The translations under genes were made by a program, and so were the position numbers. The notes beneath the pieces are model-generated. The model saw only the letters and a list, made by a program, of their open reading frames with translations. It was not told the DNA's origin and did no database searches. Shown in pieces: positions 35,724 to 48,443 of a stretch of DNA of 64,000 nt. Every line of letters starts with the position of its first letter. The first letter of the stretch is position 1. Location of the stretch: the NCBI GenBank assembly GCA_002269645.1, contig NIVC01000344.1:248001-312000 (forward strand). The letters are read 5' to 3'. The DNA is from Macrostomum lignano (lineage: Eukaryota).

Positions 35724-36819
35724 ATGATCAGCAACCAGGGAATCCATTGCCTGCAGATTAATCTGCAGCACTGCGTCGCAGCCTCGGTCAACCTTATGCG
35801 TTACGCCGAGCTCGACAAGCCGGGGCTCATCCTCGTCCAGGAACCCTGGACTCTCAGAGGTAAGCCTCAAAACGCCCCTGCTGGCTACAATTGTTTTTAT
35901 ACTTACCCTCGCGAGGCCAACCAGCCTCCCAGAGCTTGCATCTTTGCGAGCAAAACGCTCAGTGCGTGGCTCAGATCGGACCTGTCCAACAGGGACATCT
36001 GCGTCATCCAATCCGAGGACCTTCTTCCTGGGAAGACCACCCTCATTGCCTCGGTTTACCTACCAGGCGATGCTGCGGTCGTCCCCAGAGCCCTCGCTAC
36101 GCTGGTAGAGCTCTGCTCTGCCAAAAACTACGAGCTCATGGTTGCCGGCGACATCAACGCCCACCACACTCACTGGGGCAGCACTGGCATTAATCAGAGA
36201 GGCGAAGACCTCCTAGCCTACGTTGCCTCTACGACCCTCGAGTTCTGCAACTCTGGGTCCACCCCTACCTTTGACAACGGACGGTGGTCGGAGGTGATCG
36301 ACGCTACGCTCGCAACGCCCAGACTCTACCAGAGTATTGGGGCGTGGCGGGTGCTTCCAGTGTCCTCACTATCGGATCACAAGTTCATCTCCTTCAACCT
36401 AATGGCCGCGCGTAGCGCAACTCGTGTTACGTGGAGACGGAACGCCAGAAATACGGATTGGGAAACCTTCGGGCTCGCCCTGAAGGAATTCCATCGGTCT
36501 CCTGGCCAACCATCCACGATCACGTCGTGCCGAGAGGCGGATGAGTGCGCGACTGTTTTGACAGAGACGCTAACCGCCGCCTTTGAGGCGTCCTGCCCTT
36601 TAAAAGCCTATAAAGGGAAAAAATCGGCGCCGTGGTGGAATCCCGAGCTCGGCAACCTCCGTCGCAGGGCTAAGAGACTCCACCGCAGAGCAACTAAAAC
36701 TAAGAGCCCTGCAGACCAAACCGCCTATCATGAAGCAATTCATGAGTTTAAAAGGCAGGTTAGGAATGCAAAGGCTCAAAAATGGCGACAATACTGTGAG
36801 GAGCTAGAGGGCTCACCCC
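35724..36819 (+). CDS. Retrotransposon ORF2, AP-endonuclease domain
   Basis: LQINLQH, LVQEPW, SVYLP, AGDINAHH, PTF, IDATL and SDH motifs all intact. Confidence 0.92.
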
Positions 36820-39426
36820 ACCTCCAGAGTTGTGAAAGCGCTCACGCTGGACAAAATGTCTAAGCTCTCCTCGGTCAAACGCACCGACGGTACGTCCACG
36901 GACAACCCAGGGGAAACGCTTGATGTAATGCTCACTGCGTTTTTCCCTAACGAGCCAGCTAACCAGACCACTCCGGATCACTCGGAGGGAGGTCACGCGC
37001 TGGCTGCATCTATCATCACGGAGGACCGCATTGTGAGAGCGGCAAATTCCTTCAAGCCTTTCAAAGCCCCAGGACCCGACGGCATTGTACCGGCCCTTCT
37101 AAGAGAGGCGGTTAAATGCCCAGGCTTCCTGCGCAAACTTTGCAGCCTTCTTCGGGCATGCATCACGCTTGGTTATGTCCCGCAGGCATGGACCGAGGCA
37201 AAGGTGATCTTTATCCCTAAGCCAGGCCGCCCGGACTACCATTCTATCAAATCCTTCAGACCGATCAGCTTGACCTCCTCCCTGGTCAAGCTGATGGAGA
37301 GACTGGTGCTTTGGCGCCTTCTCTCTGTTGAGCTGAAGAACAAACCTCTCAGCGAGAACCAGCACGCTTTTCGGGCGGGTCGCTCCACTGAAAGCGCGCT
37401 GCACGTCCTGGTCGATAAACTCGAGAAGGCCGTGCTTGGTAGTGGCTTTGCTCTGGGGATCTTCCTGGACATCATTGGCGCCTTCGATAACGTCCTCTTT
37501 GAGGCGTTCCGAAGAGCTCTTTGTGAGAGGCTAACGCACTCACATCTCACCAGATGGATCATGTACATGATCAGCCATCGCACGGCCACCGCCAGTCTGC
37601 TGGGCTACCAGAGGACGGTCCCCGTCTGCAAAGGTAGCCCGCAAGGTGGGGTGCTGTCTCCAGTTCTCTGGAATATGGTCATCGATGAGCTCCTCCGGGA
37701 TGTTCGGCCTGACCCCATTCTGAAAGTTGGATATGCGGACGATGTCACCGCGGTGGCATCTGGTCCGTCCCCTGATACCCTCAGGGACCTTCTTCAGAAC
37801 TTCATCTACGCTGCTGAGCAATGGGCGGACCGCTGTGGTTTAAGGCTCTCTGAGACTAAGACCGCAGCGATCATGTTCACCAGCAGGACCAAGTGGCAGA
37901 TTCGGCCGCTCACGCTTTACGGAAGGGAAATCCCCTTCTGCAAGCAGACTAAATGTCTGGGTATTACCCTGGACCACAGGCTGAACTGGTCTCCCCACGT
38001 TCAAACAAAAGCCAAAAAGGCCTTCGCAGTCCTCGCGCAATTGCGCAGGGCCGTCGGCACCACCTGGGGGCTCACCCCCAAGCGCCTCTGGTGGATCTAC
38101 ACTGCAATGGTTAGGCCCGCTATCTCGTATGGCGGCCTGATCTGGGCTAGCGCCCTGCAGATAAAGACCTGTCTAGAGGCTCTCAGGAGAGCGCAAGGGC
38201 GCGCTTGTCGCACGATCATGAGCGCCCCTCCGTCTGCTCCTTACGATGGCCTCAACGCCTTCCTCAACATTCCTCCGCTGGACATCTTTGTCCGCAGGGA
38301 AGCGGCTAAGACTGCCCGCCGTCTAGCTGACGCTGGCATTCGAATCCAGCCCCATAGGGCCATGGCTAAGCGCAAGCTTCTGCCCCACGCTGACCTCTGC
38401 CTCAAGGACTTGAGAGACAGCGGCGGGCTCCACGTCCTATCTGACGGCGAACCCCGCACTCTCAACCTCTTTCAGCGCTACAAGGTCACCATCCCCTCTA
38501 GGGATGCTGCCAATGACCACTGGAATTTCCAGGAGGTCCATTGCTACACGGACGGATCCATCAAAGACGGTCGCGCCGGCTTTGGGGTCTGCATCATCAT
38601 CAACGGCCGCGTAATTGCCACGCATGCCCAGCACACTGGTAGACTCTCCACAGTCTTCCAGAACGAAGTCCTTGCCATCAGCTCTTGCGCTGCAGAGCTA
38701 AACGCCAAGGTTACGAGAGGAAAGACTATTGTCATCCACTCCGACAGCCAAGCGGCCTTACAGGCCCTTTGCCACACCACAACGAACTCCCGGACAGTCG
38801 CCGACTGCGCCCGGCAGCTCAACCTCCTGGCCAGAAGCAATACTGTCAGGCTGAAGTGGATCCCAGGGCACGCAGGGTTTCCGGGGAACGAGCTGGCAGA
38901 CACCCTCGCCAAGAGGGGCGGCTCTGGCTCTTTTTTCGGCCCTGCCCCCCTGGTCCCTATGCCCTTGACAGTCATCAATCGTCAGATCGACGACTGGGCT
39001 GACTCCCTCCACAGGGACAGATGGGCGGGCACCCAAAACTGCCGGCAATCTCGTGCCGCGGTTCCTTGCCCGTCTCACAGGCTCAGAAACATCCTTCTGA
39101 ACCAGAATCGGAAGGATATTCGAGCCCTTGTCATGACCCTTACCGGCCATGGCTACCTCGCCAGGCACTGCTTCCTCCGAGGCGACCTCGAGAGCGAAAT
39201 TTGCCCCTTTTGCGAGTGCGACAATGAAGATGCTCAGCACTTTGTCTGTCACTGCCCTTTCTTTAACAGAGACCGGCTACGCTACCTCGGGCCGAACCCG
39301 TCCATTGACGAGGTTTGCCAGCCCGACAGCATCCCACGGCTCATCCAGTTCCTTCGGGCGACTAGACGAGCCAGTTTCTTCCCAACGGAAGATCACGCTG
39401 CAGGACGGACCGGCGGACCACCCTGA
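36820..39426 (+). CDS. Retrotransposon ORF2, RT + RNase H + CCHC zinc knuckle (after frameshift at about 36810-36820)
   Basis: KAPGPDGI, FRPISLTS, FLDIIGAFDNV, PQGGVLSP, YADD; RNase H YTDGS / NEVLAI / SDSQAAL / WIPGHAG.GNELAD; CPFC..EDAQHFVCHC. Confidence 0.95.
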   Translation, partial: TSRVVKALTLDKMSKLSSVKRTDGTSTDNPGETLDVMLTAFFPNEPANQTTPDHSEGGHALAASIITEDRIVRAANSFKPFKAPGPDGIVPALLREAVKCPGFLRKLCSLLRACITLGYVPQAWTEAKVIFIPKPGRPDYHSIKSFRPISLTSSLVKLMERLVLWRLLSVELKNKPLSENQHAFRAGRSTESALHVLVDKLEKAVLGSGFALGIFLDIIGAFDNVLFEAFRRALCERLTHSHLTRWIMYMISHRTATASLLGYQRTVPVCKGSPQGGVLSPVLWNMVIDELLRDVRPDPILKVGYADDVTAVASGPSPDTLRDLLQNFIYAAEQWADRCGLRLSETKTAAIMFTSRTKWQIRPLTLYGREIPFCKQTKCLGITLDHRLNWSPHVQTKAKKAFAVLAQLRRAVGTTWGLTPKRLWWIYTAMVRPAISYGGLIWASALQIKTCLEALRRAQGRACRTIMSAPPSAPYDGLNAFLNIPPLDIFVRREAAKTARRLADAGIRIQPHRAMAKRKLLPHADLCLKDLRDSGGLHVLSDGEPRTLNLFQRYKVTIPSRDAANDHWNFQEVHCYTDGSIKDGRAGFGVCIIINGRVIATHAQHTGRLSTVFQNEVLAISSCAAELNAKVTRGKTIVIHSDSQAALQALCHTTTNSRTVADCARQLNLLARSNTVRLKWIPGHAGFPGNELADTLAKRGGSGSFFGPAPLVPMPLTVINRQIDDWADSLHRDRWAGTQNCRQSRAAVPCPSHRLRNILLNQNRKDIRALVMTLTGHGYLARHCFLRGDLESEICPFCECDNEDAQHFVCHCPFFNRDRLRYLGPNPSIDEVCQPDSIPRLIQFLRATRRASFFPTEDHAAGRTGGPP

Positions 39427-39529
39427 CCGGCCCCACGCCTCTGCCTGTCTGCGGGCCTTCAGGGGCTAGCGGAATGGGCGACCCTCGCCTCCCCGCTGTG
39501 TCTACGGACCACCCTGCAGCTAAGTCAAA

Positions 39530-39705
39530 GAGTGCAAGTGTACCAGACTTGAGTGCAAGTGTACCAGAATCTGTGTACCAGACTTGAGTGCAAGTGTACC
39601 AGACTTGAGTGCAAGTGTACCAGAATCTGTGTACCAGACTTGAGTGCAAGTGTACCAGAATCTGTGTACCAGACTTGAGTACAAGTGTACCAGAATCTGT
39701 GTACA
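39530..39705. repeat. 35-bp minisatellite, right part
   Basis: Same unit as 32918-33782, resuming after the element. Confidence 0.95.
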
Positions 39706-40339
39706 GGTTTCAGGTGCCTGAAACCTGTACGCTTGTGCCTTAAATCAGCAATATTTACCCTCAGGTTATTACTTGCTGAAAAATGAATAATTACAAATGT
39801 ATTGCAATATTAATGATGGGCTTCCATCGGTGTTGAATTTTTTCTAAGCAACACGCGTGCAAGCATGCAGTGGCCGCTTGTCGAAGACCTCAAGGGTCGG
39901 CTGCCGCCCCCCCCCCCGGCACGCTTAACAACAATAATAATATTCTAATAGCGAGTTGATAGGGTTGCTCTGAGCCAAGAGGAAAATACGAGTTGTTTGG
40001 GGAAGAGGCGCGTGTTCTAGCACGTGTCAATCTTTACTCCCTCTCTCTCTAAGTCTTAAAGGAAGAGCAGCAAAGTCAGGTTTGACTCTATTAAGTCTTC
40101 GCTTTAGTGTGGACACGTGTCGCGTGTCGCACCCATCAATCTGTGGGCACAGGCTGCATCATCGCTCAGCTTCTGTCCACTGTGCCTCTCCTGTGTGAGT
40201 TTTTTTGCTCCATTGTGTTGTAATTTTGAGCTTTTTTCCTCGCTTAATAACTTATCAACTGATTTCTGGGCTTCTAGCTTGAGGATTATTATTTTTAGGG
40301 GTTGAGCTTGCCGGAAATCGAGCAAAGTGAGTCTTCACA

Positions 40340-40762
40340 TGAATCATGTGAAGAACGTGAAGCTTGTGAATAGTGTGAAGCTCGAGGAAATGTGAAGCTT
40401 GTGAAGAATGTAAAGCTTGGGGAAATATGAAACTTGAAGGAAATGAGAAGCTTGTGAAGAATGTGAAGCTTGTGAAGAATGTGAAGCTTGTGAATAATGT
40501 GAAGGTTTTTAATAATGTAAAGCTTGTGAATAATATGAAGCTTGGAATGAGAAGCTTGTGAATAGTGTGAAGCTTGTGAAGAATGTGAAGCTTGTAAAGA
40601 ATGAGAAGCTTGTGAAGAATGAGAAGCTTGTGAAGAACGTGAAGCTTGAGGAAATGTGAAGCTTGTGAAGAATGTGAAGCTTGGGGAAATGTGAAGCTTG
40701 TGAAGAATGTGAAGCTTGTGAAGAATGTGAAGCTTGGGGAAATGTGAAACTTGAAGGAAAAT
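40340..40762. repeat. 18-bp minisatellite
   Basis: Unit GTGAAGCTTGTGAAGAAT with variants. Confidence 0.9.
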
Positions 40763-41201
40763 TGAGCTTTAGTGTGAAAGACTTGGGGAGTTATATCGTC
40801 AATATTGTGGGGATCTGGGTAAAATTGGTGGGGAACTTAATAAAAGACTGGAAATTGCAGAAAGTGAAACTCTCCAGAGCTGTCCCAAAATTGGCAAACT
40901 CAATTCACGCGTGACTCTTACTAAATTTTTCTGTCCCCTCTGCCGTGACACGCTTGCATACAAAATCTTGGCGAGTTAGTTTTGAGCTCAAGGCAGGAGC
41001 CTCTTCAGCGAAGGGAGCGCAATGGGCAGTGCATCCCGTTTTAATTAATTTCACTTGTAGGCGCCCCGGGTTCGAGTGCCAAAAAACGCGACCCATCCAC
41101 GCTTCGATGGCTCTCGGTTTCTCCTCCCTTCAGCTCAAGTCCGATTCATCACTCGGCGCGGCCAATTAAATGCACCTTCGCCTTGAGTTGGGAACCCTCT
41201 G

Positions 41202-41965
<764 letters not shown>

Positions 41966-41971
41966 ACTCAC

Positions 41972-42169
41972 CAGCGCTGCAGTGGACGACAACTTTCCGT
42001 TGAACCTCTGGTGGCGGCTGCGGTGTACTGCTGACATTCTCTTTGGCACCCTGCTGATCTGTCTGGATGATCTCGCGCAGGAAATTGATGTAGCCGATGG
42101 CCAGCCTCAGGGTGTCCACTTTGGACAGGCGCTTCTCGTATGGCAAAGTCGGAATGTGAGCTCGGAGGC
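41972..42169 (-). CDS. Ptf1a: Ptf1a/Fer1, exon 2 (bHLH loop and helix 2)
   Basis: [31 protein letters not shown] is essentially identical to PTF1A; QRKVVVHC; acceptor cgcAG, donor GTGAGT (phase 1). Confidence 0.95.
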
Positions 42170-42277
42170 CTGCGGCAGACAGTGTGGGATCTTGGTGAAT
42201 AAGTACAATTTTAAGTCTCAAGCTCACTTCGGAGCTCCACCTAATTTCAAAAATAATTTTCGAACTGTTATTTATCC

Positions 42278-43612
42278 CCAATGCGTCTAGATCCTCATTT
42301 ATCCTCAATGTGTCTAGATCTAGATCCTCATTTATCCTCAATGTGTCTAGATCTAGATCCTCATTTATCCTCAATGTGTCTAGATCTAGATCCTCATTTA
42401 TCCTCAATGTGTCTAGATCTAGATCCTCATTTATCTCTCAATGTGTCTAGATCTAGATCCTCATTTATTCTCAATGTGTCTAGATCTAGATCCTCATTTA
42501 TCCCCAATGTGTCTAGATCTAGATCCTCATTTATCCCAAATGTGTCTAGATCTAGATCCTCATTTATCCCAAATGTGTCTAGAACTAGATTCTCATTTAT
42601 CCCCAATGTGTCTAGATCTAGATCCTCATTTATCCTCAATGTGTCTAGATCTAGATCCTCATTTATCTCTCAATGTGTCTAGATCTAGATCCTCATTTAT
42701 TCTCAATGTGTCTAGATCTAGATCCTCATTTATCCTCAATGTGTCTAGATCTAGATCCTCATTTATCTCTCAATGTGTCTAGATCTAGATCCTCATTTAT
42801 TCTCAATGTGTCTAGATCTAGATCCTCATTTATCCTCAATGTGTCTAGATCTAGATCCTCATTTATCTCTCAATGTGTCTAGATCTAGATCCTCATTTAT
42901 TCTCAATGTGTCTAGATCTAGATCCTCATTTATCCCCAATGTGTCTAGATCTAGATCCTCATTTATCCCCAATGTGTCTAGATCTAGATCCTCATTTATC
43001 CCAAATGTGTCTAGAACTAGATTCTCATTTATCCCCAATGTGTCTAGATCTAGATCCTCATTTATCCTCAATGTGTCTAGATCTAGATCCTCATTTATCT
43101 CTCAATGTGTCTAGATCTAGATCCTCATTTATTCTCAATGTGTCTAGATCTAGATCCTCATTTATCCCCAATGTGTCTAGATCTAGATCCTCATTTATCC
43201 CAAATGTGTCTAGATCTAGATCCTCATTTATCCCCAATGTGTCTAGATCTAGATCCTCATTTATCCCAAATGTGTCTAGAACTAGATTCTCATTTATCCC
43301 CAATGTGTCTAGATCTAGATCCTCATTTATCCTTATTGTGTCTAGATCTAGATCCTCATTTATCTCTCAATGTGTCTAGATCTAGATCCTCATTTATTCT
43401 CAATGTGTCTAGATCTAGATCCTCATTTATCCCAAATGTGTCTAGATCTAGATCCTCATTTATCCCCAATGTGTCTAGATCTAGATCCTCATTTATCCCC
43501 AATGTGTCTAGATCTAGATCCTCATTTATCCCCAATGTGTCTAGAACTAGATCCTCATTTATCCCCAATGTGTCTAGATCTAGATCCTCATTTATCCCTA
43601 AATGTGTTTAGA
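42278..43612. repeat. 33-34-bp minisatellite in Ptf1a intron 1 with internal palindrome TCTAGATCTAGA
   Basis: Unit ATGTGTCTAGATCTAGATCCTCATTTATCCCCA. Confidence 0.96.
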
Positions 43613-44177
43613 TCCCTAGCTCCTTATTTAAAGATCTATATCCTTCCAAAAAAGCATTAGACTTTCAAATTCTCCAATTCTTATTGCCTCGCAATAGCAG
43701 TCAATCAGGAAATGAACTTCGAATAAAATTTTAATAATTGCAGTCTAGTTCTTATAACTCATAAATAGCTAATTAATTAGAAAGCTTGTAAAACTGCCGA
43801 ATTGATGTTAACGATGGGGATACTGCATTGCTTGCCCAAGGAACAATGAGAGCTATAATGGACTTGAGTTTTAGCCAGGACTAAGTGGGTGAGAATCAGG
43901 GCCGATTCGAGTAGCTCTGTTGCCAGGGCGCCTCAATAGCAATAGAATTCGATGAAAACGAGGTCGAGTGGCCATCGCTAAAACTCAGCGTCAATAGCGC
44001 GCCACCGCGATTGTAACTTTTCCTGCTTTCAACCAATATTTGCTTCTAGTCTTCTTCTGTCGCTCCTCCATTGCCCCCAGCAACGGCGCGAGTTGGGGAA
44101 GAATTTGTCGAGAAATGCGGAGAAAGCTTTCTCTTGACTGTTTGCGAAATATTGTTGAAAGCGGCACCGAGGAAGGA

Positions 44178-44179
<2 letters not shown>

Positions 44180-44259
<80 letters not shown>
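44180..44259. repeat. (CA)n microsatellite
   Basis: Direct run. Confidence 0.98.
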
Positions 44260-44262
<3 letters not shown>

Positions 44263-44517
44263 TCACAGCTCGCTCAGTCTTTGTCATTCTCGGCGCAAAA
44301 ATTATTTGAAGGCAAACACGATGGCAAAGGAAATAAAGAGGACAGAATATCTTGGACTCCAGTAGCCATGGAAACCCGAATCGATTAATTTGCAAAAAAA
44401 GGACTCGCCTGCCAACTGGCCAACTGGGCACTGCAGGTCTTTGTCGAACAGTGTTTGCTCTGGAGAGTCTGGCCCTGCATCTCTGCATCTCTGCTGCTCA
44501 CTTGGCAGAGGGGTCGG

Positions 44518-44520
<3 letters not shown>

Positions 44521-44560
<40 letters not shown>
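44521..44560. repeat. (GA)n microsatellite
   Basis: Direct run. Confidence 0.97.
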
Positions 44561-44562
<2 letters not shown>

Positions 44563-44639
44563 AGCGGATGGGAGAGTGATGGAAAAGATGGGTAGAGGAG
44601 AGTGACAGACAGATGTAAAGATTGACATCTGAATGGATG

Positions 44640-45168
44640 GAGTGACAACCGGATTAAGAGAGTGACGGTTGAAGTAGGAGAGTGACAGGTGGATTAGGAG
44701 AGTGACGGTTGAAGTAGGAGAGTGACAGGTGGATTAGGAGAGTGACAGTCGGATAAGGAGAGTGACAGTCGGATAAGGAGAGTGACAGTCGGATAAGGAG
44801 AGTGACAGGTGGATTAGGAGAGTGACAGTCGGATAAGGAGAGTGACAGGTGGATTAGGAGAGTGACAGTCGGATAAGGAGAGTGACAGGTGGATTAGGAG
44901 AGTGACAGTCAGATAAGGAGAGTGACAGTCGGATAAGGAGAGTGACAGTCGGATAAGGAGAGTGACAGTCGAATAAGGAGAGTGACAGTCGGATAAGGAG
45001 AGTGACAGTCGGATAAGGAGTGTGACAGTTGGATTTGGAGAGGGACAACCGGATTAGGAGAGTGACAGTCGGATTAGAAGAGTGACAGGCGGATTAGGTG
45101 AGTAACAGGCGGATTAGGAGAATGACAGGCGGATTAGAGAGTGACAGGCGGATTAGGAGAGTGACAGA
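44640..45168. repeat. 20-bp minisatellite in Ptf1a intron 1
   Basis: Unit GAGAGTGACAGTCGGATAAG. Confidence 0.94.
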
Positions 45169-45769
45169 AAGGCGCATTTAGTGAGGTGACACTCAGCCAA
45201 AAGCAGAAGACAGAGTCCCCCATCCATCTTATTGGCTTGTGCAGCAGAAAAACCAGGCAATTCAAAAAACTGGGGAAAAAATTCAAGCTAAAGAGAGCGG
45301 CTTCGCGAATTTCGGTCAGACTGGCCCACCAATGCCTTCACCCGCCTATCAGTGCCAGGAATAATTCATGAGATCCCCCAGCCCCAGCCTCCCTCCCTTC
45401 TGCATCCTTGAATCAGCGGCCTTGTCCAAACAGCCAGCGGCCGAGCTGGCCCTCGATGGAGGGGGGGGGGGAGCTGCGACACTTCGCTTACCTGCTGCCC
45501 AACTCAATTAGCAATGCAGCTGCTGGAGAGGATAAGAGTGGAGTTGGGGAGTGACTGTGACTACCAGCTACTCAATGCTGCTGCCGCAATGTTGTGATTG
45601 CAAACAGCTCAGCTGGACTGCCTGCCCGCCCGTAGCGGCAGGGCAAGAGGGTGTTGAATTTGGGTGGAGAGTCTGCGAGATTGGCGATTGCTTCTGGCAG
45701 CTTTGAGCTGCTGGGGGATTTCAAATACAACTGGCTACCTAATGCTGCCGATAACTGACGACTGCGGCT

Positions 45770-46155
45770 CCGTCTTATCTCTTCCTCTCTCCGTCTCATC
45801 TCTCCCTCTCTCCGTCTCATCTCTTCCTCTCTCCGTCTCCTCTCTCCTCTCTCCGTCTCCTCTCTCCCTCTCTCCGTCTCCTCTCTTCCTCTCTCCGTCT
45901 CATCTCTCCCTCTCTCCGTCTCATCTCTTCCTCTCTCCGTCTCCTCTCTCCCTCTCTCCGTCTCCTCTCTCCCTCTCTCCGTCTCCTCTCTTCCTCTCTC
46001 CGTCTCCTCTCTTCCTCTCTCCGTCTCCTCTCTTCCTCTCTCCGTCTCCTCTCTTCCTCTCTCCGTCTCATCTCTTCCTCTCTCCGTCTCATCTCTTCCT
46101 CTCTCCGCCTCATCTCTTCCTCTCTCCATCTCTCTTACTCTCTCCGTCTCCTCTC
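45770..46155. repeat. 21-bp pyrimidine-rich minisatellite
   Basis: Unit CTCTCCGTCTCCTCTCTTCCT. Confidence 0.93.
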
Positions 46156-46774
46156 CCATATCCTTGGCTCTCTATACCCGTAAAACACAGCTAGTGCCCA
46201 CTGCCACCGGTGTGCGTTATCAATCTGAAAGTATCAAATTTGAAGCACTATTTTTTTCTAGCGCTTTCGCCTCTCCATCTTTGGTCCGAATTTTGTCGCG
46301 CTTGAAAGCTTTTTGTTCCTAGAAGGCAGCGAAGCCAGGTAGGGATATTTCATGGCTATAGATAATAATATTGGTCTGGCCCGAGCCAAAAGTGTACATT
46401 TTTGCTTTTGCTTGAGAACGCCACACTTCTACATAGAAGGCAAGAAAAAGCAAGAAAATGAATTATGGATTACAGCCGGCCCAAGCAAATCGAACTCGCG
46501 AACGAGAGGACGAGAGGGTTTTGCTTTTTGTTAAACACAATCGATACACCACAAGCAGAAGAGATTGGAGACAGCAGGAGCGCCCACCTCTTCGCTTGGA
46601 TTTTTGGGGTTCATCCGAGAGAGAGAGAGAGAGAGAGAAACATCGGAGATTTCTTCTGCAACACAGATTTTTTTCCTGGCGCAGTGTCCTCACTGTGTTT
46701 CACTGTGTCCCATCTTTTAGTTGAATTCAGTTGGCCATGTCCGATGAAGAATGCTTCCCTATTAATTCAGTGCT

Positions 46775-48045
46775 CATTTAGACTCACTCAGTACTCAAAT
46801 AGACTCACCCAGTGCTCATATAGACTCACTCAGTACTCAAATAGACTGACTCAGTGCTCATATAGACTGACTCAGTGCTCATAAAGACTCACTCAGTGCT
46901 CATATAGACTCACTCAGTACTCAAATAGACTAACTCAGTGCTCATATAGACTGACTCAGTGCTCATATAGACTCACTCAGTGCTCATATAGACTCACTCA
47001 GTACTAATATAGACTCACTCAGTGCTCGTATAGACTCACTCAGTACTCAAATAGACTCACTCAGTTCTCACATAGACTCACTCAATGCTCATATAGACTC
47101 ACTCAGTTCTCACATAGACTCACTCAGTGCTCATATAGACTCACTCAGTGCTCATATAGACTCACTCAGTTCTCACATAGACTCACTCAATGCTCATATA
47201 GACTCACTCAGTGCTCATATAGACTCACTCAGTGCTCACATAGACTCACTCAATGCTCATATAGACTCACTCAGTGCTCATATAGACTCACTCAGTGCTC
47301 ACATAGACTCACTCAATGCTCATATAGACTCACTCAGTGCTCACATAGACTCACTCAATGCTCATATAGACTCACTCAGTGCTCACATAGACTCACTCAA
47401 TGCTCATATAGACTCACTCAGTGCTCACATAGACTCACTCAATGCTCATATAGACTCACTCAGTGCTCATATAGACTCACTCAGTGCTCACATAGACTCA
47501 CTCAATGCTCATATAGACTCACTCAGTGCTCACATAGACTCACTCAATGCTCATATAGACTCACTCAGTGCTCATATTGACTGACTCAGTGCTCATATAG
47601 ACTCACTCAATGCTCATATTGACTCACTCAGTGCTCATATAGACTCACTCAGTGCTCACATAGACTCACTCAATGCTCATATAGACTCACTCAGTGCTCA
47701 TATTGACTGACTCAGTGCTCATATTGACTGACTCAGTGCTCATATAGACTCACTCAATGCTCATATTGACTCACTCAGTGCTCATATAGACTCACTCAGT
47801 GCTCACATAGACTCACTCAATGCTCATATAGACTCACTCAGTGCTCATATTGACTGACTCAGTGCTCATATAGACTCACTCAATGCTCATATTGACTCAC
47901 TCAGTGCTCATATAGACTCACTCAGTGCTCACATAGACTCACTCAATGCTCATATAGACTCACTCAATGCTCATATTGACTCACTCAGTGCTCATATAGA
48001 CTCACTCAGTGCTCACATAGACTCACTCAATGCTCATATAGATTC
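46775..48045. repeat. 21-bp minisatellite in Ptf1a intron 1
   Basis: Unit GACTCACTCAGTGCTCATATA. Confidence 0.96.
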
Positions 48046-48443
48046 ATTTAGCGCTTCCTGAGTTTCCTGAGTCTCAAATTCTTACCTACTTTTCTACTTC
48101 TTTGTCGCTCAACTTTCTCCTGCGGCGTAATCTGATTTCTTCTCTTTTCTTCCCCCCCCCTATAGCACTGTCTTATCTCCCCCTTCTCCCGCTTCTCTCC
48201 CACCATCTTCTCTCTCTCCCTCTTCTTCTCTTCCTCTTCTCTTCCCATTCTCTACTTCTTCTCTCTACCTCTTCTCTCTGCCTCTTCTCTCCCCCTTTTT
48301 GCTCTCTCTCCATCTTCACACTGCCTTTTCTCTCTCCCTCTTCTCTCTCTGTATCGACTCATCTGTATCTGATTCTCCCTGCCCTTTTCTCCCTCTCAAT
48401 GTTAACCCCTCAGCGGCTCAACTTCAGAGTGAGCTCAACTCAC

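Larger units (their letters stand above)
33783..39529 (+). mobile_element. Full-length non-LTR retrotransposon, LOA-like (I group), with 12-bp TSD GAGTGCAAGTGT
   Basis: TSD at 33771-33782 and 39530-39541; ORF1 plus APE-RT-RNaseH-CCHC ORF2; short 3' UTR ending CTAAGTCAAA. Clade inferred from motifs (LQINLQH, KGSPQGGVLSPVLW, GYADD). Confidence 0.92.

Noticed and set aside
34234-39469. Multiple antisense and alternate-frame ORFs within the retrotransposon
   Set aside because: They are expected shadows of GC-rich coding sequence and have no recognisable motifs.
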